DNA of 64,000 nt, from the NCBI GenBank assembly GCA_964057225.1, contig OZ059895.1:18414001-18478000 (forward strand). Reading direction: 5' to 3'. Both the position numbers and the translations under genes were made by a program. The notes beneath the pieces were generated by a model, which had not been told where the DNA came from, searched no databases, and was given only the letters and a program-made list of their open reading frames with translations. The stretch is from Auanema rhodensis (taxonomy: Eukaryota > Animalia > Nematoda). This document shows, one piece after another, positions 27,160-41,592 of the stretch (within the stretch, counting starts at the first letter, position 1; each line of letters starts with the position of its first letter).

Positions 27160-30100
27160 TTAATTCGGATGCTCTTCGTCGGACAAGCCATCATGATCGA
27201 CGATCAAATGCATTTCAGGCGATGTTCGTGTGACCATATGATCTTTCTGACTAACAACAACCTTGTTAGGCATTGTGACCGAACAAGAGCGATCTAAACA
27301 CACATACAGTATCAAACATTAAAGTTCTAAAATAGCATACTCATTGCTCCTTTTGGTTTTCGTCGAAGTAATGACCGGAATGCTTCTCTAAATCTTCCGG
27401 ACATTAGATGATACAGGATTGGATTAATGGCACAATTTATAAATATCATAGTTTTAGAGAAAAAAATATACCTGAAAATGCATTTGTTAAGATTCATTTT
27501 TAAATTTTGAATACTTACCAATCCGGATTCCATCTATTCTCGGCAAAAGAATTGTACATGACCATAGCTCGATACGGTAGCCAACATGTTGCAAACACAA
27601 CCACAACTAAGGCTAACATCTTGACAACCTAAAACTCAAGGAATGTTTATATATGTCATATAAATATTCAAAAATAGATTCATAAAAAGAGAGAAAGAGA
27701 GAGAGAGAGAGATAGTTCAGATCGTTGACTAATGGTAAGCTCACCTGATTTTTTCCTTTCGTTGTACTACGCCGACCAGAAATATGATATTCCATAGTGT
27801 TATCACAGATTGGTGTAATTTCGGTATTTTTGCATTCTGAAGCATTATATTTAGTATATTATATATTTAATTAGATAATAATTAATTAAATTATGAATAA
27901 ATTAACAAACCTTTACGTTTAACTGATTGCTTTAACTTGTCACCACATTGAGATAATGTCATAGCAATTCTTCCATAAATGACTATATTCAATAGCATAG
28001 GAATTACATAAAATACAGCAAAATCAATCAAAAACATTGTCTGAAAATTCATTAATTAATTATAATTATTATTTATATACATATAATTAGTTAAAATTGG
28101 TCAAATATGCACCTTATATGTCCAATTATCACGATCTAGCTTAAAGCTGCAATATCGTCCAGCACTATCTTCTACAATGCTTGCCAAATAGAGCCATGGA
28201 GAATTATAAATAATTGAAAATACCCAAATACAAAATATGATTAGACACGCTCGACTAACTGTACATATTGATCTGGAATTAAACTTGTAAGTAAGCTTGA
28301 TCAAATCGGTCAAATTTCAAATAAGTAGCGAAAGTATCTTACCTAGCTTGGTATGGATAGCAGATGCCAATAAATCGCTCTATTGTAAAAGCTGTAATGG
28401 ATAGAGAAGATGAGTTAATAGCCAGATAAGGTAAATATGAAAATAAAGCACATCCTGAAATTTATTTTATATATTAAAACCATGATTGTAATTATAAGAT
28501 ATAGTTAAATTTTATAACATAACTATAACTAGCAACTCACCTACACCACCAAATATATAATCATCAGTATCTACATGTAGATATGACAATTCTGTTGGAG
28601 CTGTAGCCACAAAAAACATCAAATCACTAACAGCTAGTGATACAAGATAACAGTTTGTAGGTGTTTTCTGCAATTAAAACGTTTATCACGGTTCCAATTT
28701 AATATTTATATAGAATATATACTATATTTATAATAATTATTAGTTAAATGTATCAAATCCATTCACTCAAATCAATATAGTAAATAATTAGCATAGTAAC
28801 TGCTTCGATATTTTTCACGTCAGCTCATGACGTACATCTACTTTATTACTGAAATGCTGTAGTGAACGGTTGGTTTTTGCAATCTTATTTCCTTTAATTA
28901 TGTTATATATTATTATATCATAAGCGTTATCTTTTTATCATTTTTTTACCAACTCAGATGTTTTTTTAAAATATTTTCTACGTTATAAAGCAACATGCTG
29001 GTATGTCCCTCTTATACTATGTGTCAACCACTAGATATCCATATCCACCGGCTTTTCCTCATCATCACTCAACTGTCTCTCCAGAAGTCCTCTGTTTGTC
29101 CGCTTCGATCACTTGAGCAAATTCACACGGACTTCACATTTCAATTGATCCTTTTGCTCTTGCATGTCTGCTTCAGCCTAATCACTCAAACTCTCTTCAT
29201 ACTCTCCCCCTTCTTTGTTACTTTTCCCTCTCTTTATCCTATTCTGTATCTCTCTTTCTCTCTCCATCAGTTGCCCAGACGAACACTTTTAAACACCAAT
29301 TTTTCTATTGACGATCACTGTCAAAACACATAAACGGATATGATTAGTTATGATTACCATCTTAACCAGAGTCTGATACACTACAAATTCTCGATATACA
29401 AACATACATAATCATATTTCTCTTCTAAACAAATGGTCTATCTCTCATCCTTTTCCTTTGTTATATCATTTTCTCGTCTTGTCAAACCTTTTCTAATCCG
29501 TCTACTGCTCTCACTCCACCTACACTCCCGTAGATGATTCTTGTTTCTTATAGTTCAAATTCATTTTACACGTCATTGCCCTCCTCATCCTACACATTCA
29601 TAGTAAACAAATCATATTAAACAAGGAAAGTCAGTCATATAGTATTAAATACGAATAAAATAAATCTTCGAGGCACTCAAGCTGTTTTTCATAAATTCTG
29701 ATATGCCTTTGGCTAATATATTATAATTATTTGACCACAATGCATCATAGATCTATACATCTTATAGGATATATACATATATTGAATTAAAATATTTTTG
29801 GATAAATCGAAAAATTTCAAATTCTTAATTCTTACCATTCCTTTGACTTTGAATACCACAGTGATAACCAGTATATTGCCAATAACACCGATCAAGCTAA
29901 GTGAAGAGAATATGAATGTCATAAGCATTCTAGTAACCAAAGGAAATGAATTATCATCCACACTGCTTGTATCTAAGCCGGTAAGAATTGTTCTGAAAAT
30001 ATATAAAATCAATTAAGAAATTATCTAAATTATGACATATAATTACAATTATGTTTATTTATTTATTAATAAATATCATCTATATCATATAGTTAATATT

Positions 30101-31962
30101 ATTTAGAATTAAAATGTCATATTCATGTATATAATGACTTTAGATATATACTATACTTTATTATATATATATGTATATGCTATGTATATCTAGAAAAAAA
30201 AGGAGAAAGCTAATAAAAAAAAGAACTGAGCAAGTGTTATGATGATCTAAAGCCAAACATCATTATAATCGTTTAATGAAAGAGATTAACATCTTCTATT
30301 TAAAGAATTATTAGTTTTTCATATAGTCAATTGACTTATATGTCTATATGTATCTTGTTTCATTATATATTTCAAATGAACACTCATTACTGAACAATGT
30401 GTTGCCTTCTTACTATATAGAAAAACTAAAATATGCTTTATTATGCTGAAGCATTATTTTAAGTTTTTATTTCAATATATATACCATCATATAATTAATT
30501 TTCCCAGATAATTTTTAAATATTCAAATATTCTCAGGAAATTACGAATACGATGTCAGTGAAGGTATCAAAATGCAATTGAAAAAAAGAAATTTAGCGGA
30601 AAACTCAGCTCATGTTGCGTTTGGTAGAAGCTCCCTCCTAAACCAATTTTTCGTTCCCTCTTTCTCTATATCCGTTTCTCTTTATCCCTTCTCTTTCTTC
30701 CAATCCCCCCTTATTCCCCGATTTTACTAACAACAGTTATGACGAGCTTACTCACTCATTCTTTCTATGAACTATTTATTTTACTCTGAAGCTTCAAACA
30801 ATTATTATTTTTCAAACTTAAAAAGTAGTATCATTGGAGAACAGATGCTGATACAAATGACATGTGATCAAGACAAACTTCACACGCATCTGACATGGGA
30901 AACTGAAAGTGAACCGACGTTATCCGGTTATGATGTCGTCAAAACTACTTCCGTACAAATTTTTGAAGTCTCAACTTTCATATCACAAACTTTGCTCAAG
31001 CTTATTCAGGCTGGCACAAGCCATATGATGCTTATCTTGCTCCACCCTTTTCATCTCTTACTCTCATCTCTCTTACTATTCTAGAAAAGTATCAAATATT
31101 TTTAGTTTTTAGCATGTTTTGAGCTCATATACTGAGTATTGCAGGTTACCAAAAAACGAAGTATATAGTCTTGGAATCTATGTCAAAAATCAAACTTTTT
31201 GCAAACAGGTTCAATATTTTAAATAATTCACGCGTTCTGCAGCATCTTAAACATATAAGCTGCTAGAAAAGAAAAGAAGAAAAAAATGAGAAAAGAAAAA
31301 GGTGGAGGAAGTAAGAAAATTTTCTCGTTTTTTGGTTTGTTTATAAATAACCGTCAACGACAATACATATATATATGTACAAATAACTTATATATATGTA
31401 TATAGTATGAAGACTTCATACCGCTAAATGGCAGCTTTTTTTACCAACATAAGCATGATGACATAGAGTAATCCTCTTACGTAGATATATACATAGATCT
31501 GTATATCTATTGTTTTTATGTTATTCTATTGAACAAAAATAACTTTACAAATTAATTTAGAAGATTTTCACTTCCTTCAGCTATTTTTTGGATTTAATCA
31601 AGCATTCATGTTGATGCTTTAAGCGTAAGCGAAGATATTATATAAAGAGAAGAAAAATTTTTAAAAGTTGGAAACAGAGAGAGGGAGAGATTGAATTAGA
31701 GAATCAGAGTTACAACTTGTTTCAGAGATACCAACTATGCATTGGTTTATTGACATTAAAATTTTTTTTCATTTTTTAATTAAAATCTTAATAACATCAA
31801 AACTCATGAAGATGTTTGAATAATATCCATTTACATATTGGAAGTAAGATAATAAAGGTATGAACGACAACTTGAAACCTACTCGCATTCGTGGATGGGA
31901 AAGCCCGGCGGATAAGGTTGCTGGCCGGCACAGATGGCCTCAGCGGCCGTACGGTTCAGCAT
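27160..31962 (-). CDS. trhr-1: Thyrotropin-releasing-hormone receptor-like class A GPCR (10 exons)
   Basis: Exon 1 [26 protein letters not shown](E) (31962-31883) splices in phase 2 to TILTGLD...[18 protein letters not shown]. Then [78 protein letters not shown] and [22 protein letters not shown], closely matching TRHR signature motifs. Confidence 0.9.
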
Positions 31963-34470
31963 GACGACCAGAAATGAATTTCTGCAATACAAAATACTCA
32001 GAATATATATATTTTTTGAAAATATGAAGATAAGAAAAAGAAAAATGATGATGTTGATGGGTTACAAAAAAAGTTTATGTATGTATATGTAATAATCAAA
32101 GACGAATAATTATAAACAAGGATGATCATAATACTGAAGATATAAGCTTGAATGGAAGATTGAAAGAAAAGAAGAAAAGGGAGGGCAAGACGAGAAGAAT
32201 GGCAAAGAGGAGAGCACATGGTTAGCCCAGACTATATTTGTCGTCACGAGAGAACAGTAGACAAATATCTGAAAGAGAGATGCGACATGAAAAGAAGAAA
32301 TCATCATCGAAGTTCATGAAGAAGGAACGATGATCTCATTAAATAGCAGTTGTTTCTTCTTATTTGAGTTTGTGACTGAATGGAAGAAGAAAAATGTTCA
32401 TTTGCAGACAGCATTTTCATTATTATTTGAAAAAAAAATTTAAAAGTTCAACGAATATTTTGTGGTTGAAAGAAAAGATCCAGAACAATATCTTGAATTT
32501 GAAAAGAATTTCGAATGATTGATGTGATTAATATGATATGAAAAACCGTTAATATAGTAATAAAACAAGAAAATGAATAAATAATATTTTGATTTGACAA
32601 TATGAATGAGTAAGAGGACAGAGAAATATTGTTTAACCGTAAAACTAAAGTTATTGCACAATTGCAAGCAGTAGAATGATAGCGGGAAAAAGAAATAGAT
32701 ATGATGAGTACGATAGGAGAAGCAGAAAAACGATAATGACGTCGATATGAAAATAAGAAAATAGAGGAAGAAGCTTTAACCTTTGAATAATTAAGTTTAA
32801 GCAATAGAACTTGACATTGATGTATCTTATGATAGTTGATGTAACATGAACATGTTTCTATTGTATTCATTGTTATTATGTTTCATTTCATTGAAACTGA
32901 ATGTTACGAGAAAAAAAACATACAGTTGCATATAGTATTGTGATAAGATAGACAAACATAAAACTAGATTGCAACTGTATTATAAAATATATATTTATAT
33001 ATGCATATACATATAAATATAAATTATATGAAACAACGACGGCGATGATGATGATGATGACGACGTCGTAGACGATTGCTTACTACTACTTATACTATGA
33101 AACATGAAATATGAGAACTAATAGATATATTTATAAGTATATTATGTTATTATAGTATAGTTAGTATAATATAGAATTGGTGAAAAGATAGTTAAATTAG
33201 AATGTCGTATACATCAAGATTATTTGATTTGACAAAGAAAGTGTTCTGTGAGAATGGTAAAAAACCAAAACTTAATTATTATAAGTTTCATAATTAACTG
33301 TAGATTCGAATGTAAATAAGAAAAAAATTATATATTATTTGGTTTCTGGTAGAAATAATTAGTTAGATTTATTGATTCAGTTTTTGCAAAAAAAAGTGAT
33401 AATTGAGAAAGAGGGTGGAGTAGAGGGTGCTGTCAAAAAATCAAAACAAAGCTGAAACATGGACTGTACATACCATGATATAGTAAAGAGACATAGAAAT
33501 ATAAATATATAGTATAGGATATACTATAATGTAGTTTATACATATGTATGTAATATCTCATATTATAAAGTAATGTAAATAGTAAGGAAAAATATTTAAA
33601 TAACTTTAGTTTGTTTTTAAAATTGAGGAGAAAACGAATGAGATGAAAGCACAAGCAGCTAACAGCTTAATTACCATCTAACGATATGGAGAGAAAAGAG
33701 AGAGAGACAATTTTTTTGTTATATTCTTCTATTCTTGATGATTGAATTATCAGCAAATAATGAAAAAGGTAAACACATCTGATTGAATATGATGAGAATC
33801 TGATGAGCAAGGGATGACGAAAAGGAAGAAGAAAGGTGAGATGATTGTGAGACTGAAAACAAACTGCAGACTATCCAAAGAGATTAACGGAATCTTTAAG
33901 TTTAATGAGGGAGAAAGATTCCTCGATAGAGAGAGAAAAGGGGGAGGAAAGAGTAAAATGAGGAAAAGATCAAGAGCAGGAAAATGGCCAGGATTATGCT
34001 TGCAAGCTTGTCATGCGAGTTATATTACATTATGTAAGTAGATGTGTTGGATGTTCATATATCAAAAAAAATATATATTTTACGATAATTATATGTATAT
34101 GCTAAAAGATAAAGATTGGCTAAAGTGTTTCTGAAAGTATGCTGCTTGGTTGGTTGTATGTGTTTTGAGTTGCAGCATGTTTAGAAATAATGATTATGCT
34201 CGTACTTTGATAGAATTTCGCCCATTTGCGTAGGAAGTTGTAGAAATAGGCTGGGCAGGTTGTCGTTCCTCAACAATGAAAAACTCAAGAATAGGTTTGG
34301 TAGTATTGGCGGTGGCAATAGGATGTTCGATGGCGCTAACTAAGGTAGAACACTAATGGCTACCAATACGCGTTCAGTCTTGAGATAGTTATGATAGGAT
34401 GAAAGAGAGAAGGATAAAGAAAGAAAGAGACAAGTAGACATATAGACAGAAAGAACAAAAAAAGGAAAAC

Positions 34471-34474
<4 letters not shown>

Positions 34475-34512
<38 letters not shown>
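34475..34512. repeat. (GA)n microsatellite
   Basis: AG run. Confidence 0.95.
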
Positions 34513-34517
<5 letters not shown>

Positions 34518-35784
34518 GGCGGAGTAGAGAGAGACAAGACTATGGACTTGATGAATAGGAAAAAGAGCACAAAATTGGAAAACAGATGGTGTGGCATGAA
34601 AGCAGTAAAAGAAATAAATCGGAAAAGGACGACGAACTAAATGTAGAATGATTATGTTAAATTTTGAACTTTCAACAAATGACGCTCCTGAAAACCTCTT
34701 ACATGAAGAACGTAAGAGTAAGCAATAAAGTTAAGAAGGTCGAGAGAGAAAGAGATAGAGAGAAAAAGAAGGAAGCGGAAATAGGTAGGTAGAGAATATG
34801 GAAGCATTTTGAGTGTATCGGGAGGACACAATGATTGCTCTCGTTTGATATCGGACACAGTGATGAAAAGAAGGATGGGTCATTGCGTATTGCTGTGTAC
34901 TATATACATATGATTCTCTATACGTATAGCTAATATTGCTTTTTGGGTATAATTATTCCACTTAAGCACGACATTCAATTCTGATTTCATGCAATCCGCA
35001 TTGAAAGGGAACGAAGCATTTTCTGAAAAAAACCAATTGTTTCATTCCGCTGAAGAGTTTTAGTGAACGACATCTGTGAACTGTGTGCTCTTAGAAGCTA
35101 TACTGATCTACTTAACGACATCATCGTTGTTCAACACTGCTACTGACCAAATGCGTCATCGTTATCGTTCAATGAGATGATGCCCATTCAGCCATCGAAT
35201 CAGCTCCGTAATCATGTCACTCACAAGCTGAATCTAACGGTTTTCCTATTCATTTTTTTCATTTGTATCTGCAGAAGCAAGCGTTGTCGTCAGTGCTGAA
35301 GACTCATATATGAAAGTCCATACATAGGAAGTTTAATGCTTTCAATCTAATAGGCGTTAAGAACAAATATTTTCCGCCACTAGCTTCGATATGAACGTTG
35401 AGTAAACCGATCAATCAAACTTCATAATTTTTAGCTTGTAGAACTATATTCAATAACAGTGAAGATGAAGGAAATTTCAATGAAAAATATCAAAAATTTC
35501 GCGCTTGCGAAGCTTCAATTTTCAGTTTTTTTTTGTTGGAAAAAACAGAAATTTTTCTCTGAGACAGATTGAGGATAGATAGATAACTAAGAAATGGAAT
35601 GAAAATCATCAATAAATAAAGACAGTTATCATCTATAAAAATGAAATTTTTTAAACAAAAAAAAATAATTAAGCCTATAAAGAAGAGAATTAAAAAAGAG
35701 GGGAAGGTTAATAAAGAGTCAGAAGGGGGAATAAGAGGGGGATGAAGATAGTCAACAGTGGATTAAGATAAAAAGAGAGAAGGT

Positions 35785-35791
<7 letters not shown>

Positions 35792-35831
<40 letters not shown>
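35792..35831. repeat. (GA)n microsatellite
   Basis: AG run. Confidence 0.95.
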
Positions 35832-35835
<4 letters not shown>

Positions 35836-38800
35836 GAGGTTGAAGAAAAGAATTCATCATACTGAATACTGAAAGAACAAAGGTATATAGGGGAAGATAG
35901 AACGAAACAAAAAAATAGAAAAATAGTAAGATTAAACAATTATATATGCATATACTTATAATATAATATATAATATATAAGCCAACTATTTCAATTGTCT
36001 ATCTTATAAGGAACTTAAATTGCAAAATGAAAAATGGATTGAAAGAGTTTCAATAAATTTTTTTTTTGTTTAAATAAGAATATTTGGAATGAGGTTTTTG
36101 GTCAAAAGAAGAAGAAGTAAATTGCATATGATTGGGTATATGAGACACAGAGAAGGCTGAAAATTAGCAAACAAAGCATATTCGGTGGCTGGAGAAGATA
36201 GGTAAGGTGAATTTTGAACAAAGAAGAGCTATGACTGAAGCTGGACATGATTCCTGATCAATGTGAAAGTCAATGTGCTTCGAGCTTTTTCATCTGCTAC
36301 ATCAGATATCGCGTAATGCGAACAAGCTACTCTGGGGTTAATACTTATAACTTATTTGCGAAAATGTGAATAATTAATTAAGAATCAAGGGCAGCATGTG
36401 TAGCGAATAGCCAGCATTTGTGGATTACTGACTGTGTGATGTGTGGTCGACTGAACTATGAGCTGGCGAACAATTCATCGGAAGCTATCAGTTGCATAGC
36501 ATACGCTAATCATCTCTAGCTGGAAGTAGCAGATGAATGATGAGAGAAGAATGGAAAAGGAGAGAGATAGAGAGATAAAGATGAGTGATAGCGAAAGTTA
36601 AGGACATGACGATCGAGCAAAAAACAAAGTGGGAGGTGCATGATGATATATAAACAGAGACCAAAATAAATAAAGATATAGGAAAAGCTCAAAAATGAGA
36701 CAATTGAGACAGTCTGTATCTTTGCTACAAACTCTGAACATTCAAAGCCATGCTTCAACTACTTCTTTGTCTGTTTTTACCTCTCAATTCTCTCACTATT
36801 CTCATCTCTCTCTCTCCCGTCTTCATTACTCTATACCTCTCTAGATGGACAATGTTAATTTGTTTAATTCAGTAACAATGATTTTTGATCTTAAACGAAC
36901 AGATTTCACTCTACAATATCAGAGAACGCACTTGGTATGATTAACCTCATCTTGAGCTTTCCCGACCATCTCATCTATTGATTTCACTTTATTCCTATTT
37001 TAATTTTTATTTAGTTTAGTTTCTAGTATTATAATATGATATCAAGAATACACAATTACATGAACATCAATGGCTTATTTGGAATTAAGGAAAAATGTGT
37101 TGCTATCATTTCGTTTGTTATTGTTGTTGTTTATTTGTTTAATTTTTCTTATTTTCAAGCATGTAAATAAATATTGTTGTTGGCCAATCATCACCCACAA
37201 CATCACACGTTTTTATATCCTTTTTGGGTATTTCTATTCTTGAATTATTTGTTTATTGGAATAAAAACAAATAAAACAATAAATAGCTCTACGCACTTCG
37301 TTTTTTGATTCAACATCAGTTTATCGAGTATCGAAAAGCTTGAGCTTGAAGAACTATACAATGAACATCGTAGAAACAATTAAATAAAATTATCTTTTGG
37401 ACGATAAAATAAAGAGAGAAAAAGAGAGAGAAAGAGGGGGATGCTTCCAAGTGAGGAACTACGAGCAGAAGCTAGAAGAGAGGTATGGTGCAGCTGAAGA
37501 AGATGTTTGATGATTAGAGATAAGCTTATAACTTGTTTTTTCAAATTAAATTATTAATTTGATTGTTCTTTGAAACTGTTGAGCAATCATTACGTTTATA
37601 AGAATAATATACGAATAGTTTCTTTTATAATAATAAAATATAGACAGATTCATGATAGTACTTACATAGAAACTATATTGTAAAATCAAAAAAAAAAGAA
37701 TAAAAAGAGCAATGAAAACAAAATGAAAATTAGAAATTTGTTGTTTATAAGTTTATTGAAAAAGTATTAAATTAATTTTTTTGTTTGGAAAAATAAGTCT
37801 AAAGAAAAGATAATCATATTCATATTCATTGTTTTCTCAAAATGAACTTGAAGTCATATCTTTATAACAAATCTTGTATCAGATATTAAGTTTGAAATAT
37901 AACAAAAAACAAATTTAGAATAATAAAAAAAAGATTTTTGATAGACAAAAAAACATATATAATAGCTTAAACTATATAAATAGAAATAGAAAAGTACGAG
38001 TAAGAAGTAGGCGGAGATATTATCCAAAGTTTAATAGTTAATACATATTGATAATCAAATATATGAACTTTTAAATGAATTTTCTTCACAAAATAGAAAA
38101 TGCGAACAACAAATTGTGTTTGATTCAGTTTTTTTTATTTCGTTTAGGAAAAATTTTGGAGTAGTTCTTGAGAAAAAAATCTGACCAGATAGCTTGACAG
38201 TGTGACAAGACAAGAGGTGGGTTTCAAAATAATTTTTTTCTGTTTTTTTTTACCTATTTTATAAATAATTCGAACACTTTTTTTGTGCTTGCTCAGTTGA
38301 AAAAATCTGAATATTAGTTGTTGTTCAACATCCAAGCCAACGGCATCCAAGCCAACGAGGACAAAGTTTTGTATGTCTTCATAAATGTTTAATACTTTTA
38401 AGGAGATTATCAAGAAATGTTAGTCATGTATTCTGAGAGTAAAACAAAAATTTCAGAATTAAAATAAACAGAAAAAAAAAATAAAAATAGTCATTAAATG
38501 GACAACATTTGAAGAGAAAAACAGTAGACAATAAAGCATTTCCTAGCTAATGGTCAATGAAAACAATATGAAGTTGGAATAGTGCGAATAAGAAAATGAG
38601 AGAATATTTGTGAAAGAACGGTTATCGCACTATATTGAAACAGAAAAGGAAAAGAAGAGAAAGAGAGATCCCACTAGACAAGAATAGAAAGATATCTCGG
38701 TCAAAATGTGGGAGATTTTCGAGGTTAAAGCTGGTATATTGAGAACACAACGGAGAATTAGGAACGAACAGCTTCAAGAGGATGATCAAGAGTGCAGCAA

Positions 38801-40119
38801 AGCAGACATGGATGTCCGTCGTTAAGAAACATCACAAAAGACCGCAGAAAACGGCTGAGTAACACACAGAACAACGATTACACCCGATTGTCGTTCTGTT
38901 TTGCTTTTTTTGCAAACAAATAACAAAAAAAAATATTGTTTACACTTGTGTCATCATCATCAATATTAGTAAATTGGGCAAAAAGTAAGTAGCTGAATAA
39001 GGATAACGAAAGTACGTTTTATAACTTAATATTCATATGAAAGAAGCAGCATAGTATAGATATATAAATTTAAAAGAGAAAAAAATTAAAGTTATAGTTA
39101 TAGTTAAGCATAAAAGAACTTAACACTGAAAGTGTCAAAAATAAAAAAAACTTTTTAATTACAGGAGTTGTTGGATAATCATTTTTAATTGCATAAAATA
39201 CAAATTATTTCAGAAAAAACATGTTATAAGCATCCCAAATAAGCTGTGTAATTTCTAAAAAAAGCTGAGAATTGCTTAGATTCTTGAATGAGAAAAGGAA
39301 ATAGCTGCTTGCATTTGAAGGATCACCAAACATGTGTTGCAATTTAAAAAGACTCTGAAACGATTGAAGAAGGTCTGAACGAATTGAGAGATAGAGAGGT
39401 GAGAGGGAGAGGACACACTATTCAAGGAATTATCTTAAGAGTATTGAAAGAAGAATACAGAGACTGAAGAATGAAAAGAGAGGAGAGAGTTGATTGAGCA
39501 ACAGCACTCAACATATAAGGAAACATAATAATAATAATAGTAGACAAAACGATAAATCAAATGACTAAAAATGCAAAATGCGTGACGGATAAGAAAAGCT
39601 GTGTGGGCTGACAGTTAACAAAGGCTCTAGCTTGTGAGAACTGTAACAATCACGAGATAGCTGCTTAGGAGAGAGAGTATTCAAGGCTAGAATCAGTGGC
39701 ACATGAAGAAAGAGGAAACATTGAAATATTGTTGATAAGAACGAGAAGACCAACTTAAACAGATAAGCTAGTTAAAGAACGGTAGTGACAAAAAAGGTCT
39801 CTTTTTCAATGGAATTAGAGATGTATGCGGTCCATCGTGGTGGACGCTCTTAGAAGACAAAAGACTGCAAAATGATAAAACGGATTATAAGCAATATGGG
39901 GTGGAGTATTAAAATAGAAAATTGCTATCATAAACCATTTCCAATTATGTTTCGAAAAAAAATTATCGAAGAAGGAGTTATGATGAAACAACAAGTAAGT
40001 CAAATGGATAGAAGCAATATGAAAACAAAGGGCTGGGCTTCTTGTGCATTCAAGGAAAGTTCACAACTATCTCATAGAGTTATTACTTACTTACTTCTTA
40101 ACATCTAGGTATTTTCTGT

Positions 40120-40122
<3 letters not shown>

Positions 40123-40156
<34 letters not shown>
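40123..40156. repeat. (CT)n microsatellite
   Basis: TC run followed by a degenerate pyrimidine tract to ~40225. Confidence 0.95.
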
Positions 40157-40164
<8 letters not shown>

Positions 40165-41530
40165 CTCTATCTATTTTTCTATTTCTCTCTATCTCTCCAT
40201 CTCTCTCTTTCTCTCTCTATCTTTCAGTTCGCTTTCTTTTTTAAATTTGAATGTCTGCTCTTTACCTATCTCTGCAAAGTACAAATTTGAAGAAAAAAAC
40301 TTTGGAGAACACCAAAAGTCAAAACATCAAGGTGTAGCAAAGTACCGTGAATGAGAAAGAGGGAAAGAGCACAAGAGCAGGTTGCTTCAAGATTCTTTGT
40401 TATATGGTGGACAGCTAAATGTTTATTTGACTGTACAAAGACTAAGCTGATCGTCATGTGTATTACCAGGACGCTCAGGACATTAATCACTGACATCATC
40501 ATAAGCATCATCAGCATCACCAGTATCAGCATTAGTTTGCCCTCCTCCTACGACAATATTCCTGGAAGGGCTTAGCCCTCTCGTCGTACTCATTTTCTGT
40601 TTTCATTGATAAATAGATAAATACATATACATATAGGTAGATATGTAGATACATGTCTGTATTTCGTCATCATAAGACCAACAACAAAGCAGACTGAAAG
40701 TTACTAAAGCTGATCATTATGCTTAAAGTTCAAAAAAAATTAAAAGTTTTTATGCTTCAAAAAATGCTGAGAGTCTAGTTTCTGCTGACTCAATGAATAC
40801 ACTTGTTGTGATGAAAAAATATTAAAATACATTTCCAGTTCAAGCATATATATTTAAAAATATGACAAGAAGAAATAGCTTAGCTCTATTAGGTTTTGAG
40901 GCTAATAGGCTAAGTTGGTTAAGCTTTCAGAATATGAGGACTTTGGAAGGATAAAAACAAGTTTTTGAGCATAAACTAACAGCTACTAGAATTCGTATGG
41001 AGTAGAATATTCTTAAAACTTTATCAAAACGTGATTTGACTCTAAGTTTATTTGCACTCTTCAAGGAAAAAGTGATGAAAAAATGAACTTCCTAATAGAT
41101 TCACGAAATTAACAGCATTGTTATATTGTTGTTAAAACCAGATTTCTATACAGTTTTTTGACAATTTAACTTGCTCGAAGCTGTTTCCGAAAGTTTGAGC
41201 TAGACAATATTCCGTAAATAATAAAAGAAGCATAAACTTGAGATGGATCAGACGAGAACATGAAAGGTCGACGTAAACAATGTTAAGCTGACGACATAAC
41301 TTGACAAGAACAACATAAAGAAAATGACAAAAAACACTATCAACATAGCTGACAGAAATCAAACAAATCGTGTGAAATACCATCTTAAATAATGATGTAT
41401 AAACTTGAAAGGCTGTTGATTGACTGATGTAGCTTGTATCTGGAACAGAACATAAAGGTAGATAGTTACCACTACTGCGAAAACAAGTCAAAGAGAGAAA
41501 AGAGGAAAGGTAGAGAGGACAAGGGAGAGA

Positions 41531-41532
<2 letters not shown>

Positions 41533-41586
<54 letters not shown>
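41533..41586. repeat. (GA)n microsatellite
   Basis: AG run; explains the ERERER and SLSLSL ORFs in the track. Confidence 0.95.
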
Positions 41587-41592
<6 letters not shown>

